Of a stretch of DNA of 64,000 bases, positions 1 through 13,724 are shown in pieces; position 1 is the first letter of the stretch; every line of letters starts with the position of its first letter. The notes beneath the pieces were generated by a model that had not been told where the DNA came from, searched no databases, and was given only the letters and a program-made list of their open reading frames with translations. The DNA comes from Callorhinchus milii (Eukaryota): contig NW_024704746.1 in the NCBI RefSeq assembly GCF_018977255.1, positions 36,270,001 to 36,334,000 on the forward strand. Direction: 5' to 3'. The translations under genes were made by a program, and so were the position numbers.

Positions 1-1290
1 AGTGGACATATTATTATGGAAAGTGTTATTTAATACTGTTCCTTTTCAACAGCAAAATCTAATTGTAGTGTGTAAACTTCAGTTATTCAGGCGACGAATG
101 TTTGCACAAAATTGATTGAGCTTTACACTTTCACATTAAAACACTGAGGCAATATATGTAAAGATCTTGGTTTGAACACATTGGTGTCAATTAAACTTTG
201 AACATCAGTTCTGCCTTAATTATATTTTTTTCAGAAACAGATATCACTTTTAATTAGAGACGGGTGTGAATTTGTACTCAGCTGAAAAACTCTTAAGTAA
301 TTTCCTGTTGTTCATTCAGGTTTTTTGACCAACTAAATTTGCCCACCTTCAGAGCGGTCCTGTAATAGAAATCTCTTATCTGAAAAGCTTAAAATCTTTT
401 CCCCTCCTAAAAATATTTGCCATAAAATATAATGATATCCACCCCAAGGAACATGTACCTTGTTACAGCCCTAAAACAAACTTGTTGAATCTCCTGAAAG
501 AAAGTGATGTTTTTTTCTATCTGTGCTATTAGATTCTTGTCGTGATCTTAAAGAGCATATCAATAGCTCCTGGCTACTGAGAAGAGTGCCCCAGCTGGTA
601 CAGAGACTTTGATCTGTTGTTCAATGCCAGGAGGAAAGATATTAATCTCATTGCTCCTTCAGCTGGAAAGGGACCTGCTAGATATGTCATCTTTCAGTAA
701 ATTTCTTCTAATTTGGAAACCGGTTAACGTCAGAGTTCATTGAACTGCTTTGCACCTGTAGCTCTTTTATATTTCTATAAGTTTTATCAGCATAGAGTAC
801 TTTACAATGAACGTTAAAATCTGGCTTAGATGTGAATGTTTTAAATAAAAATGTTGTTGTTGTCGTCATTATATTTTTCATTCAATTTGGAATACTCCAA
901 TGAAGACTCCTCTCCCCTCCCAAAAAAACCCCACCTTATTTTCTAAATTTTCACTTATCCAGTGTCCCTTGAGTAAAACGTGGAACTTCGGTGTTTCAAA
1001 GTTTTGTTTTTTAATTCACCAATGACTGTGTATGTATTTTGATTGATGTAGCCATTAGGCAAACCCCATCCTTGTTTGGTGTGTTACTGTACTCTTGGAG
1101 ACTGAATCCATGCTTTCTGATTTTAGCGCTGAGTAAGGTCCCAGATCATAGCTCAAAAATAAGTTTTTTTTTGTCAGCCTTCCCTGGAGTATTCCAGTAA
1201 AATGAAGGTCAAGTTAGCAAACAGCTTTTTGTTAAAATTAATGTTTTGAAATGTTTCATTTTAGAGATCAAATGGTCTTCTGAAGAAGTC

Positions 1291-4200
1291 ATGGGTAGCT
1301 GCTGTAGCTGTCCAGATAAAGACACAATCCCAGATGACCATCAAACAAAATTTAAGGTACAATGTTTTTCTGTTTACTAACCTGATGAATGCACCCGAAA
1401 GAATAGAGATTCAAAATATTTTTCTCCCTTCCTGTCAGTTTTTATAAAGACTGATGAAACAACTTTTAGGTTTGCTGTTGAAATTCAGGCAAACTTGCTC
1501 CTGGCTGTTGGTAAAACTACTATAATCTGTGTGGGAATATCATGAGCATAGTGGTAAATAGAAAGAGGGAATCATATCTGAAGTCTGGGTTAAAATAATA
1601 TGAAAATGTAGTTGCCAAGCTACAAAGGGGATTAATCTTTGACCCAAACAGTCAGCAATCTATCTGCACTTGTGACCCAATTGAAATTGGGCAAGCAGCA
1701 ACTGGTGATATCAGTGTCAGTTGCTACAATCTGGCAATTATTGGATCCTTTGTCACTGTTAATTCTGTTTTCCAAAATGGCTTCTGCAGAGCAGATGTGT
1801 AATAGCAATAGTCTGTTTAACTATGTTCAATAGTGTACACACAGTTTCTACGATTAAGGATGGGGCAGAAATCTGGTTAGATCGGGGTGGGGGGGGGGAG
1901 ACCCTCTACAAAGCCAGGCATCAATCGCTTAATCATTGCTCCTAGTGTTTACAGTAGAATGATATTTTAGGTACGTTATCAGTTTCTTTGCATGGCTTCT
2001 GGTTATACACTTTTCTAAATTACTCTTTGAGGGATGTTGAGTAAAATTATAATTTATCAAAATACTGTGTTGCTTTTGAAGTTCCATAAATTTTGCAAAT
2101 GGTGCTTGACTACTGTTTTAGGTGCTTGGACGTTATAGTGGCTACAAAAAGGCAAGCTCTTTCTTAACTAAATACTAATAGTGAATGCATTTATTTTTGC
2201 AGGTAATTAATGTGGATGATGATGGTAATGAGCTGGGTTCTGGCATAATGGAACTTACAGATACGGAACTGATTTTACACACGAGAAAGAGAGATGAGGT
2301 AAAATGGCCCTACCTCTGCCTGCGTCGCTATGGTTATGATTCTAACCTTTTCTCTTTTGAAAGTGGTCGGCGATGTCAAACTGGACAAGGTATGTATCTG
2401 ACTTTAAAAACTTGAGAGGTAGAAAAATGCTGCACAAAGTTATGTTTCAGTAGTCAAATTCATAAGATCTTTCTGTTCAGAAATATTGTAGCTTTGTTAA
2501 ACTTTGGTACAACGCGTCCTATTAGTTTCAGTAATTATAAGGTGTATTTTCACTCATAATTTATTATTCACAATCATGGTTCACTTTACATTGTGGTAAA
2601 AATGATCCTTACGTTGGTACAGCGCCTTTTACTTTGGGAGGACGTCTCTAAGCGCTTGACAGGTTGTAGGGTAAAGTGTAGTGACGGTGTGTTTTATGGG
2701 CCAACAAAAGATATCAAGTGGGTATGCACTGCATTGTTCACTATTGCAATACTGCATTTAATTCTTTAGTTTCAAAAATAGGTTTAAATAACTTCCAAGG
2801 TATTTTTATATTTATATCCACAACTGAAGTTATGTTGATACTACATATAATTTGCTTTGAAATGCATTGGTGTAGGAGGTTAAGAAGGATGCTGTCTGTT
2901 ATTATTTCAAAATCTTAGACTTTTAACTTGTAAAAGCATAACATGTAGTGCCATCTGTTTATATAACCATGAGATAGATGCCGGTCTCCAGGGCACAAGT
3001 GAACCCACGTTATAGTGAAACATATTATGACAGTTCTATAACATTTCTTAAAAGATTGATTTAACTATTAAACGATTAACAAGAATGTCAACTCTAACTT
3101 AATGCTTACAATGGAAGAATAAGCCAAAAACTGGGAATGGTGGACGTTACTGATGTCTATCTGACTATGCTTGCAATGGTAAGTCAAGCTCCCTCTGCTG
3201 TTCATTGAAAAGAGGCACAATACTGGGGAAGCAACTGGTGTTGCTGGCTGTCCTCTTGAACTGTGTGTAATCCCTTTGGGGGCTGACCAGAGTTGTTTGT
3301 TTGAATGAACAGCAGTGTTTTCCCCTCCTATATGTCATGTAGTCAGTGTTTTTATTTTCTTTCTGTTGGAAACTTGTCAACTGCTTGTAGCCCAAATAGT
3401 CCCTTCTCTTGTGTGTTGATGGTGAACCACTTTTAAAAGTCTGTAACTTGCAAGAGCAGAAGAATAGCGATATTTGAGTTGTATTCAATTTCTAGAAGGA
3501 AGAAATCTGTTACTGAAGCGTTTATAGGTGATTGACGTAATTACATTTGACATGGACATTTCAGAACCTCTTATGTTGGTGATTACATATATCCATTGCA
3601 TTCTTTAGGGATCTTTGCTTTCAAGTGTGCTCGAGCAGAAGAGATATTCAACCTGTTACAGGATATCATGCAGTGTAACAGTATAAGTGTTGTAGAGGAG
3701 CCAGTTGTGGAAAGACACGACCATCATAATGAGTTGGATGTTCCCAGGACTCCACAGACACCTCCCAGTAAGTATTATTTATGTAGACGTGTTTATGTAG
3801 AAAATGTATTATGCTTCAACAAACTTCTCATTTTGAGGACCAAGTTAGCTGTAGATCCCCCACCTCTCTCCCTCCTCCTCCTCCTCCTCCTCCTCCCGTA
3901 ACTACATCATCCAAAGCTGTGTGCAAAGGCTACAACTGTCTCTGCAAATTGTGTTTTCTTTCATTTAGCTCCAGGTTTGGTTCAACCAATTTTACCAAAT
4001 GGATATCCTAGATACCCATCATTTGGAGATGGATCGTCTCATCCTTCAACAAGACATCCATCTGTCGGCAGTGCACGCCTGCCCTCAGTGGATGAAGAAT
4101 CAACACATCCTCTAATTGTATCAGAGGAACAAGTAAGCAGAGTGCTTCATTTTTTTGGAACAAATTGGGTGGTGTTCTGCAATTTGTGGCCTCCAGTGCA

Positions 4201-5757
4201 TAATTTTATCACAATCAAACATTACTGCATTTAAAATAGCAATATAATAGTGTTTTTTTGTAGCGTTAAAAAAAGAATATTTAGACATATCAGTTATGTT
4301 TAATGTGTAAAGTTTATTTTAGTATTTAAACTTTTAAAAATAAGGTGTGCTTTGCATTGTGTTGAGAATACACTTGAATAACCGAAGCACAAAGAGTGAG
4401 TAAGGGGCATATCTTTTATCAATACGATGTTGGGATTTAAAAACAACGATTCACAACACAATTCGCCAATAATAACTCCATTATGAACTGGCAGTATGCC
4501 ACAGGATCCTGGTTCTGAAACATTGGAAACAACATCAACTTGGATTTATATAGCGCCCTCCATGCCGGACGGTGTGAAATGGATTTCCACAAGTCTGCTG
4601 TGTTGCCAGTTACTGACAGGATTCCTTATCAGTGACTCTGGGCCACTATCAGTGAATCCAACTGTTTTCCACTGTTTTCTTCCACTCTGTTATGTAGAAA
4701 ATAATCTGAATTTACTTTTTCAGATAAACTTTTATTGCATTTCTAGTTCTGCTTATGGTTCTAGTTCACAACTTTAACAAAATGTTTAATCTCTTTACAG
4801 GTCCATACATACGTCAATACTTCTGGTGTGCATGAAGAATTGAAGAATCGATCCAGTGCACAGACATCGATAGAACTCAGACCTTTAAACGGTGATGTCA
4901 ACAAGGCACGAGGGAATCACTGCTGCTCCATGGAAGATCGAAATCCCCAGGTTGTCTTTGAACCTGAAGGAATTAAATTTGTCTTGGGACCAACACCCGT
5001 TCAAAGGCAGTTATTGGAAAGGGAGAGTGAGGAGACCAATGGAAGTGAGCAGCCATGTGCTGGCAACGGCACCAATTGCACTGATTGGGACACTGGCTAC
5101 GACAGTGATGAGCGAAAGGAGGCACCTCCTAATAATAAACTTGTGTATGAAAATTTTAACGGTCTGTCGGTCCCACCTACCATTGGAGGCAGACGAGGTA
5201 GATTAAAATCAAATAGCGTTTCAGACCCTCAGAATATCAACAATTCTGCTCAAAGGAGGACTGCACTCTTAAATTATGAAAACCTGCCTTCTTTGCCTCC
5301 AGTGTGGGAAGTCCGCAAACAAAGCAGAGATGAAGAAGATAGCTTGGGACCAAAGACGCCTTCTCAGAATGGTTATCATACAAATCTTGATCAAATGCAT
5401 AATTATGTCAATACAGAGAATGTTACTGTTCAGCCTAACGTACACAAAGTTGAATTTGTACGGCAACGGGATTGCTCCCCAACTGTTTTTAATTTTGATG
5501 TTAGGCGACCAAGTCTAGAACATAGACAGCTGAACTACATCCAAGTTGACTTGGAAGGTGGTAGTGATTCTGATAACCCACAGACTCCAAAAACGCCAAC
5601 AACTCCACTTCCACAGACTCCGACAAGGCGAACAGATTTATATGCTATGATAGACATAGAAAAGACTGCTGCTATGTCAAACTTGCAGAAAGCACTGCCA
5701 AGAGATGATGGAACAGCAAGAAAAACACGACATAATAGTACTGACCTGCCAATGTGA
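1291..5757 (+). CDS. FRS2: Fibroblast growth factor receptor substrate 2 (FRS2-alpha), 5 coding exons, 510 aa
   Basis: Exons 1291-1356, 2203-2389, 3609-3767, 3969-4132, 4801-5757 sum to 1533 nt with GT-AG junctions in consistent phase. N-terminal myristoylation motif MGSCCSCPDK, IRS-type PTB domain (VINVDDDGNELGSG...RRYGYDSNLFSFESGRRC), Grb2-type YxN sites (YVN, YEN, YEN, YVN), Shp2-type sites NYIQV and LYAMI, C-terminus RKTRHNSTDLPM. Confidence 0.97.
3868..3897 (+). repeat. (CCT)n microsatellite in an FRS2 intron
   Basis: ctccctcctcctcctcctcctcctcctccc read directly. Confidence 0.9.
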
Positions 5758-7415
5758 GCTTAGGAAGCACTATTTTGTTTCAGTTGCACCTTTGTTAAAT
5801 TGATAAATGAAGAGACAAGGATTGATCTCTTTTTCTAAAAACCTAACAGCTGTTATAAACTGAAATAAGGATACGTTATAGGATTATTGTATTTTGAGCC
5901 TTATGTGCTTATTTCCGTTCAAAGGGAATTCATATAGAGCAGGAACTCCATAAGAGCACCCTTTTATTTTATCATTCTGTAGTTAAAATTTAGATTTTAG
6001 GACATGGTCGGTCACTTTTACAGTGCTAATTCCATTCAGTTTAATTGGAGATATCTTCCGCTCTCACTAGAACATTGATATTGATGGCCTTAAGCGCATC
6101 AGCTGAATTTAATTTTATGCTGACTTTTCCAGCATTTCTTATGGATCTTTATTGTATGTATACACTTTGCAGGCAAGTGACCTACCTAACTAAATATAGT
6201 TTCTATAGCGGTACGTATATTTGTTTCATTATCTTTAATTGATACTGGTATCCATTTTGCACTTACACTGAGAATTTACCAAACAAGGTCCAAGTAAAAT
6301 GTGTATTGATAGTTTTCATCAAAGTATGGTAATCAAGTTACCGAAGGTATTATACATATTATCCTGAATGTCACAGTAATTCTGAATGCTAGCATGGCAC
6401 CAAGGTTAAACCCTTGTGTCATTTGGTCACTAGGTTTCTAAATGCTTTCCAGACGAGAGTTGACTTTGTTTTACCAGTTTCATTTAGGGCTTATTTGCTT
6501 ACATTCTTAAAATGAAAGTGCAGTTTTCTAACTAAACCCGTATGTGTACTTTTGATACCATTAGTGACTGGTCCTTTTAAATATATGGTAAGTGTCATGG
6601 TCCAACTCAGTAATTACAAAGTAAACCCATACAAACATTACATTCACCAACTACCATAATATAAAAATTACACTAAGCTTAAAAACCCACATCTACTGTT
6701 TCTTGACTTCTCTTTGTATTGTACAAAACTGTAAAATGCTCTAACTTACATTATAAAGTGATAGTTTTTCTTCCTGCATATAGTGATTGTATAAAAGTAG
6801 TAAAATAGTTTAAAATTATTTTTTACATAGGACACAGAACGGTAGTAAACTCAAAGAGAGGGGACACACCCTTACTTAATTTTGTTGTAAAATTATTTTT
6901 GGATATTTTACCCCCTTTGATGTTTTGACTTGCAAACATTCCATGCATTTGATGTTTTCTTGCATTGCTCTTTGATGTTACAGGGTACAAAGTGTACTCT
7001 TTGCAGAAAATTAGTGTAGAAATTGCCATATTTTTGGCTTGCATTTCAGGTACTGATGTAGTTTGCCAAAATTGTCATTTGAAGGTATACCTGTGTGTTG
7101 TAGGATGTATTAGGTTGTCAAATGTCAAAAGTGCCAATATCATAATACATTTTTTTGTAGCATGGAAATGTTGAGATTTTTACATACATTTTTAATTGAT
7201 GCTACATAGGTACCTGGTTTACAAGAGTCCTCTAGTTTTGAAGTAAAACCAAATTTTTACACAAATCACTGTTTGCGCATTTGGCAGCTGCCAGAGAAGG
7301 CGACACGTTTTATAGCTCTCGACATTCCCTGTGGAATAAGCTGCATCATGAGAAATGAGCAATGTACCTAGCATTGTATAATTAATAATAAACTTTTTTT
7401 GTTTAATAACAAATT
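5758..7415 (+). other. FRS2: FRS2 3' UTR with probable poly(A) signal AATAAA at 7387-7392
   Basis: About 1.6 kb of AT-rich sequence with no recognised repeat after the stop, ending at AATAAA followed by a T/GT-rich tract just before an L2 fragment. Confidence 0.6.
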
Positions 7416-7499
7416 ATGTCTGCAGTCTTATAGAGTGAATAACGTGTTTTCTGTGTAGTGTTTATTTTAAATCTTGTTCTTTGTAGTTCTTCAGGCGCT

Positions 7500-8155
7500 G
7501 ACAGCATCACCATCCACGGTTGGAAACTATCTTGATAAGCCAGTCCGGATCCTTGGAGTCTTGTATGACCCACAACTATCCTTTCTACTCCACATCTGCA
7601 CCATGACCTGCTCTGCCTTTCCCCACCTCCCCAACATAGCTGTACCATTGTCTCACATCACAGGCCGCCGAAACCCTCATACACACTTTCATTACATCGA
7701 GGCTCAACTATGCAAACTTATTGCTTGTCGGCCTCCCCAACTCCGACCTCCACAGGCTGCTGATCATCCAGAACTCTGCGGCCCGTGTCCTCTCCCACAC
7801 TAGGCTCCACAACCCTATCACCCCCATCCTTGCCCAACTCCACTGGCTTCCCATCACACAGAGAATACAGTTAAAGATCCTGGTCCTCACCTTCGCCCCA
7901 CTATTGGCGGGCGGGCCTTCTGCCATTCTGCCCCCACCCTCTGGAACTCCATCCTGCAGTCCCTCCCCCTCGCTTGCCACCTTCAAGATCCATCTCAAGA
8001 CCCTCCTCTTCGACCATGCTTTCGATCTCCCTGCTTCCCCTACCCTTGCGCTCTCCACTCTCCCCGAACTCCAGCTTGGATTCGAAACTCTGTCTGTCCA
8101 GCATCTTTGGACGTCCTCCCAAAGTGAAAGGTGCTATACAAATGCAATTTTGTTG
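7500..8155 (+). mobile_element. L2-clade LINE 3' fragment (degenerate ORF2 end and tail)
   Basis: Translates to L2 ORF2 C-terminal motifs (IQNSAARVL...PITPILAQLHWLPITQRIQLKILVLTF; FKIHLKTLLF). Tail ends gtgaaaggtgctatacaaatgcaattttgttgtt. Confidence 0.85.
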
Positions 8156-9424
8156 TTACCCCAGAGTGCAAAGAAGGCCCGCTTGTAAACTCAACCTTGA
8201 CCAGGCCATGAAGATACATGTCAATTCCGTACATCAGTTTGACTGACAAACCTTTTGTTCTCAACAAGTTTGTGCTGGAGAAAGGAATTAATTTATTTTG
8301 TTGGTTTTATGAGGATCAAACATTGTCAAGTACTTTGCTCTAAATTCCCCAATAATGTCCAACAACTCCAACCTCTGGAAACCACTCCCCACCAATGGTA
8401 GACTGGGTACATGGCAAATCAGGCAATTTCCCGAGTACCCCTATGAATAGCTCCCGATACTTATTATCCCATAAGACCTACTTCAGACATTCCAAGTTTT
8501 TTAAACATGTAGATGTTTTATGCTTCCCCACAACCATGAATTGGTGGTGCCCCCATTTTACCGGACAAACCTGAGCCCTTTTGCTAGTCTGCCACTGCTC
8601 CTTAGTGCTACTAAGAACTTTTCTGAGATTTCCACTTCCCATATTAACTATTCCTACAGGCACAGAGTGAGGCTTATTCAGTGGAAAATGATGTGCTGTA
8701 TTGTACTTTCCAGTAACTGGATTGATGTTTTTCCTCGAGGGTTGAGACTACCCAATTTCTATCATCCTGTCACTCTGCTGGTAGATTTAAATCCTGATCC
8801 CGAAACTGAATGGTCCATGTTGAACTATTATTCCACCAGGTTTTCCCTCGTCTCTCCAACATGTTGCCTCACATTTTGTGAATTTGTTCTGAGAAGCCCC
8901 ACAAGACATTCGTCTTATGTTGGAAGCACTATATAAATGCAGTTGTTGAATAATTGTCGTGGTCAAGCAGAAATGAATAATTAACCATACTCAACTTCAA
9001 CAACGACAACTTGCATTCTCAGAGCGCTTAACAGTGGTGATGGAGCTTAACGCCGAGCCAAGAAGAGAATCGAGGTGAGCATAGGCACAGTCGAAGAATC
9101 TTCAGGTATGATCTGAACATGGGTGTGCAGAGAGATTGAGGCACAGCATTCTATGAGTGCACCAAAGGATTACAGCACCAGACTGCATACATGTGTACAT
9201 AATACATATTCATCTATTTTTCTATAATTTTATCTTGTTAAATTTGTTTCTGCTTCAGTCTTGACCGCAGCATGGGTACAGAAAACAAATTCACCATAAT
9301 GATTTTATGGTGTAGCACAACACAATTTGCATTTAGAGTGTCTTTCACGTATCAAAGCACTCCAAGCTGCTATCTGGCCACCCGAGCCTCGGTTTGGGAG
9401 TTGAAGAGGGTGTGGTGGGCTGTA

Positions 9425-9570
9425 TAATGATAATAATCCTTGCATTTGATATAGTGCTTTATCATGTCTTCGAGACGTCTCAAAGTGCTTCACAGAGTAT
9501 ACTGTAAAGTGAATTGACTACTTTGTGATCGAAACACGGCAGCCAATTGCGCACAGCAGTGTCCATTTGA
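9425..9570 (-). mobile_element. SINE 3' tail fragment
   Basis: Reverse complement of the family tail ...gtgaagcactttgagacgtctcgaagacatgataaagcactatatcaaatgcaaggattattat. Confidence 0.8.
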
Positions 9571-11519
9571 GCAGTGTTTGAATAATAATCACTAATGCAC
9601 AAAGAAAATATTTAAACTGTTGTGCACATGTGCAATATGTTCCTTTGGTCCCAACAGTACTAGCTCTTTGGCCATGGAGACTTTCTAAAGATTGCATTTA
9701 AAATCTGTACCTTTTCAATAAAGTGAAAAGGTAAATTTTGATATTAAAATGCTTTGGGTACTGAAAATGTGTTCATTCACTCCAAGATAAGGTTTATAAG
9801 TAGGCTTGTATTCACAACTGGACAAATGTAAAGCAGACACCAGTCAGAATGTCTTCAAAAGGTATATACATATGTATATTGATTTTCCAACCTTCCTCAA
9901 GTTTAAATCGAATACATTGCCAAGAATTAAAAAAATGGGGAGAATCTCAACCTGGATAAACATTTGGTACTGGGTAATTTTTTTTAATTAAGATGCCTCC
10001 TGAATATAATATGTAAACGTATTTTTGGAAATGAGCTAATCATTTTCAAAGAGTGTCTTTTGGGCAGCTAAGGATATAAAAATATGACCATCATTCCTGT
10101 CCTCGCCTGGATTGACTTAGATCCTCACTCTCACCTACAAATCCTTTCACGCTTTTGCACCTCCCTACCGCTGATCTTTTCTACTTTCAGTATCCTGCTC
10201 GCCCCTCTACTTGGCGAACTTGGACCTCTTGCGCATTCCTTGCCCCTCCACCTTGGAAAGTGCTCCAAGATGTCACTACATGAAGGCCATTATATAAATA
10301 GAAGTTATTGTGTAATATTTCCGCCCCAATGTTACAGTAAGATTGCAATTTGTTTAGCCTACGCCAAAAATGTAATGAAATCACATATTTCTATGGTTGT
10401 TTGCGTTTCACTATTAACAAACCATGAATTCTTGATTTTCAACAAACCTCTGTAAAACTATTCACATTTTGCAAATCTACTTAGGGTTTAGAATCTGACC
10501 TTTTTCTTGCTTTTTTATGACTTAATTTTTTTCATAAAGATTTGGCAAAGTTTACTGCAAGCCATCTATCTAATGTCACCCCACTTTCAATCCATCTCAA
10601 CCAGGTCAGTCATGTATTGCCTGCTGATTAACATCTTCCATTGGGCATGCAAATTTGCCATCCCAGCTGCACTCCTTCCCTTTGATGTGAGAATTGAATG
10701 GCCCTATTTATTCCATTATCCTCTGTTTGGCCCAGCTCCCTCCATTATGCATTGGATCTCCATGTCATATGTTGCAGCTCTTCTCAGAAGGAGCTGCATA
10801 CTGTCTGCTTTCAGATCACACCACAAACTGTCAGTGTTCCCACTGTCACGTGAATGGCCAGTTAGTAACTATGTTTGACATTAATTACTGTGAAGCACTT
10901 TGAGATGTTTTGGTACGTTAAAGTAATATAAAAAATCATTTTCCTTGATTCTGGGATTTAAGTTGTGAATGAAAGTCATTTGGGTACACTGATATCAACG
11001 GAATAGGTACCATAATCCTTTCATTTGATATAGTTTCTATAACTTTGAACGGTTTCAGAATGCAATGCAGGCAATTGCTGCAAAGTGCAATGTCCCACAA
11101 ACAGCTATGTATTGAAAGACCAATTTAACTGAGAATTGTTGGGACAGGACGAAAGCAGAAATTCTTTTCTCTTTTCAAATAATGCTACGGGATCTGACAT
11201 TTACTTGAACAGGCAGAAGCAGCTCAAGACAAATTGCTGCCCTAGGCAAAACTTCAGTGTGCTGCCCCTCAACCTTCTATCCCCGTAGAAGTTTGATAGC
11301 TTTCGCAAGAGAGATTAATTTATCTTTAAAAGTCTACAGGCTTCCGCTGGTGCTAGCACACGGCAGGCATTCGCTGCAGCCACAATTGAGTACTTCTTTA
11401 AAAAAAGGCGCTTAATCTTCCTCTAACCTCATTTAATGAACTCTCATTGAACCTGATTATAGTAGTGATAGAATTGATATGCCCTTTACCACAGTATGTA
11501 TCAAATATTGATTAAGTGA

Positions 11520-11760
11520 TAAACCCATTGGCCTAGGTAGTATTGGTACTGTGCATTATGGAGCTGAGCCATACAGACTAGAAAATCGCTCTCTGGGTCA
11601 AACCTTGTCCTGAATTGGCTGATCGTAGCTAGTGTAGTAATTGCCATATTACAATTGCCTCAGCTCTTCTGGGTTAATATTAGGTAGAATTGTTCCGATT
11701 CCTATTTTCTATTCAATGAGTGACCTTTCTGACAGAAAATGCATATGTACAGAATCAAGT
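11520..11760 (+). mobile_element. LF-SINE-like relic (5' part)
   Basis: ctgagccatacagactag...tgaattggctgatc...tacaattgcctcagctcttctgggtta resembles the LF-SINE 5' consensus as recalled. Confidence 0.55.
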
Positions 11761-12344
11761 TCAAATACTTTATAGGATAATTTGCAGTGGAAAATGCAAC
11801 ATTGAGTGATACAATACAATGTACATTTATATTGCACCTTTCACAGCCGGAGGCCATCTCGCTGTTTAGCCAACTAACTTGAGAGTATAGTATTTAGCTC
11901 GCCCTCACGAAATGTGTCTTTTTCATAATCATCAGGACTCTGGCATGCTTTCTTTATGCATCCTAAAAAAGCACAGATACCATCTGGTGGTTGTGATTGT
12001 CATGGCACTTTGTCTTTCAATCATTTCAGGATCCCTAGAGAAAGTAGTTACCATTAATATACCAAGTGTATACTTTATCAGAGAGAATAATACCGTACCT
12101 AGTATTAGTAGCTAGCAAAGTTTTAACCTGAGGATCGTGAATTTGACCATTTGATTTATACTTCGTATATATTGCAAACTTGACTGCAAGTTGCCATGGT
12201 TTTGATAGTGATTTGCTGCCAAATGTATGCAATATAAATGGGTTGCAGGGAACATAAATTAAGATGGAGCTGTGGTACTGGCACTGTAAAATATAAACTT
12301 GGATAGCCACGAAACTTTGAACAGACTGCTTTTTGTTATTAGTG

Positions 12345-12724
12345 TGTCAGCTTGGCTCAGTTAACATTCTCACCTCCAAGTCAGAAGGTTATGGGTTCAA
12401 GCCCCATGTCCAGATTTGTAACCCATATAGTCTATTGCTGACACTCCAATGCAATATTCGGGTGTGCTGTATTGTTGGGGGTGCCAGCCTTCGGATGAAA
12501 CGTTAAACCAAGGTCCGGTCTGTCTGACCATGTGGATATTAAAGATCTCATGGTATGATTTTAAAAAGGAGTTTTTTGCCCTGGTGTCCTGTCAAACAAT
12601 TTCCCAAATAAAATTGGTCGCTCACTATAGCTGTTCGTGGGACAATGACGTGGCAAATTGACTGCCACGTTTGCCCACAAAAAAGTCATGTGATAAGGTG
12701 CTATACCAAATGCAAGGATTATTA
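12345..12724 (+). mobile_element. Deu-domain (SacSINE1/AmnSINE-like) tRNA-derived SINE
   Basis: tRNA-like head (ttggctcagtt...gggttcaagccc), central ttcggatgaaacgttaaaccaaggtcc, L2-like tail aaatgcaaggattatta. Confidence 0.75.
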
Positions 12725-13109
12725 GAGCTGATTACAAGAGCTGCTCTTTAATAACACTAAAAAATAACATCCAATTTGAGTGTTCTGCATTCATGCCAAG
12801 GTGCTCATGTGCAAAATATGAAAATTCAGTATTTGGTATTTTTTGCAGAACAATTGATATGGAGGAAATAGAATATAACTGGTCTCCTGCTCCAAATCAC
12901 TAAAAATTAATCATTCTTACATTTGACATTAAAAAAAATTGTTGCATTTGATACAGCACCTTTCACATTGGGAATACATCTCAAAGCATTTTACAGGATT
13001 TATTGTAAAGTGTAGCAACTGTATTTTGTAGTCAACCATCATGCCTATATGCCATGCAATTTTCCTGCATTTTGACCTCGCTCCCTTGGCAATCCTGGGA
13101 TCATTCTAC

Positions 13110-13490
13110 TTAGACCTGGGAGGTTAAGGGGAGATTTAATAGAGGTGTTCAAAATCATGAGGGTTTTTGAAGGGAGTAGATGAGAAAATTATTCTATGCG
13201 CAGGTGACTTGGGTGGAAATCAGGGGACACAGGTTCAAGATAATTGGCAAAAGGATCAGACGGGAGATGAGAATTTTTTTTTTTGCACACAGTTGTCAGG
13301 TCTGAAACGCACTGCCTGAAGGCGCGGTGAAAACAGATCCAACACCAACTTTTTAAAAGCGAATTAGACGGGAAAAAAATATGCGAGGATTATGGGGAAA
13401 GGGCAGGGGAGTGGGACTGATTGGGCAGCTCTTCCAAAGAGTCTGCCCAGGCACGACGGGCCGAATGGCCTCCTCCTGTGCTGTAAATAA
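13110..13490 (+). mobile_element. CR1 LINE 3' end
   Basis: aggttaaggggagatttaatagaggtgttcaaaatcatgagggt encodes the CR1 motif RLRGDLIEVFKIM. Ends gggccgaatggcctcctcctgtgctgtaaa, a typical CR1 terminus. Confidence 0.8.
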
Positions 13491-13724
13491 TAAAATAAAT
13501 ATAATCCTTGCATTTGATATGGAGCCTTATCGCGTCTTCGAGGCGACTCGGGACCCTTCACAGAATAACACTGTAAAGCGAATTGACTGTGTAATATTAT
13601 TCAGTGACTGCACTGTGTGCCTCTGTCCATTGAGTCTGTTACTGACGCGCCAACATGTCCTTTGCTTCTTCGTGGAGCAGATCTGCGCGTGCGTAACCTT
13701 GGGCTGAGTTGGAGTACGTCTGAG

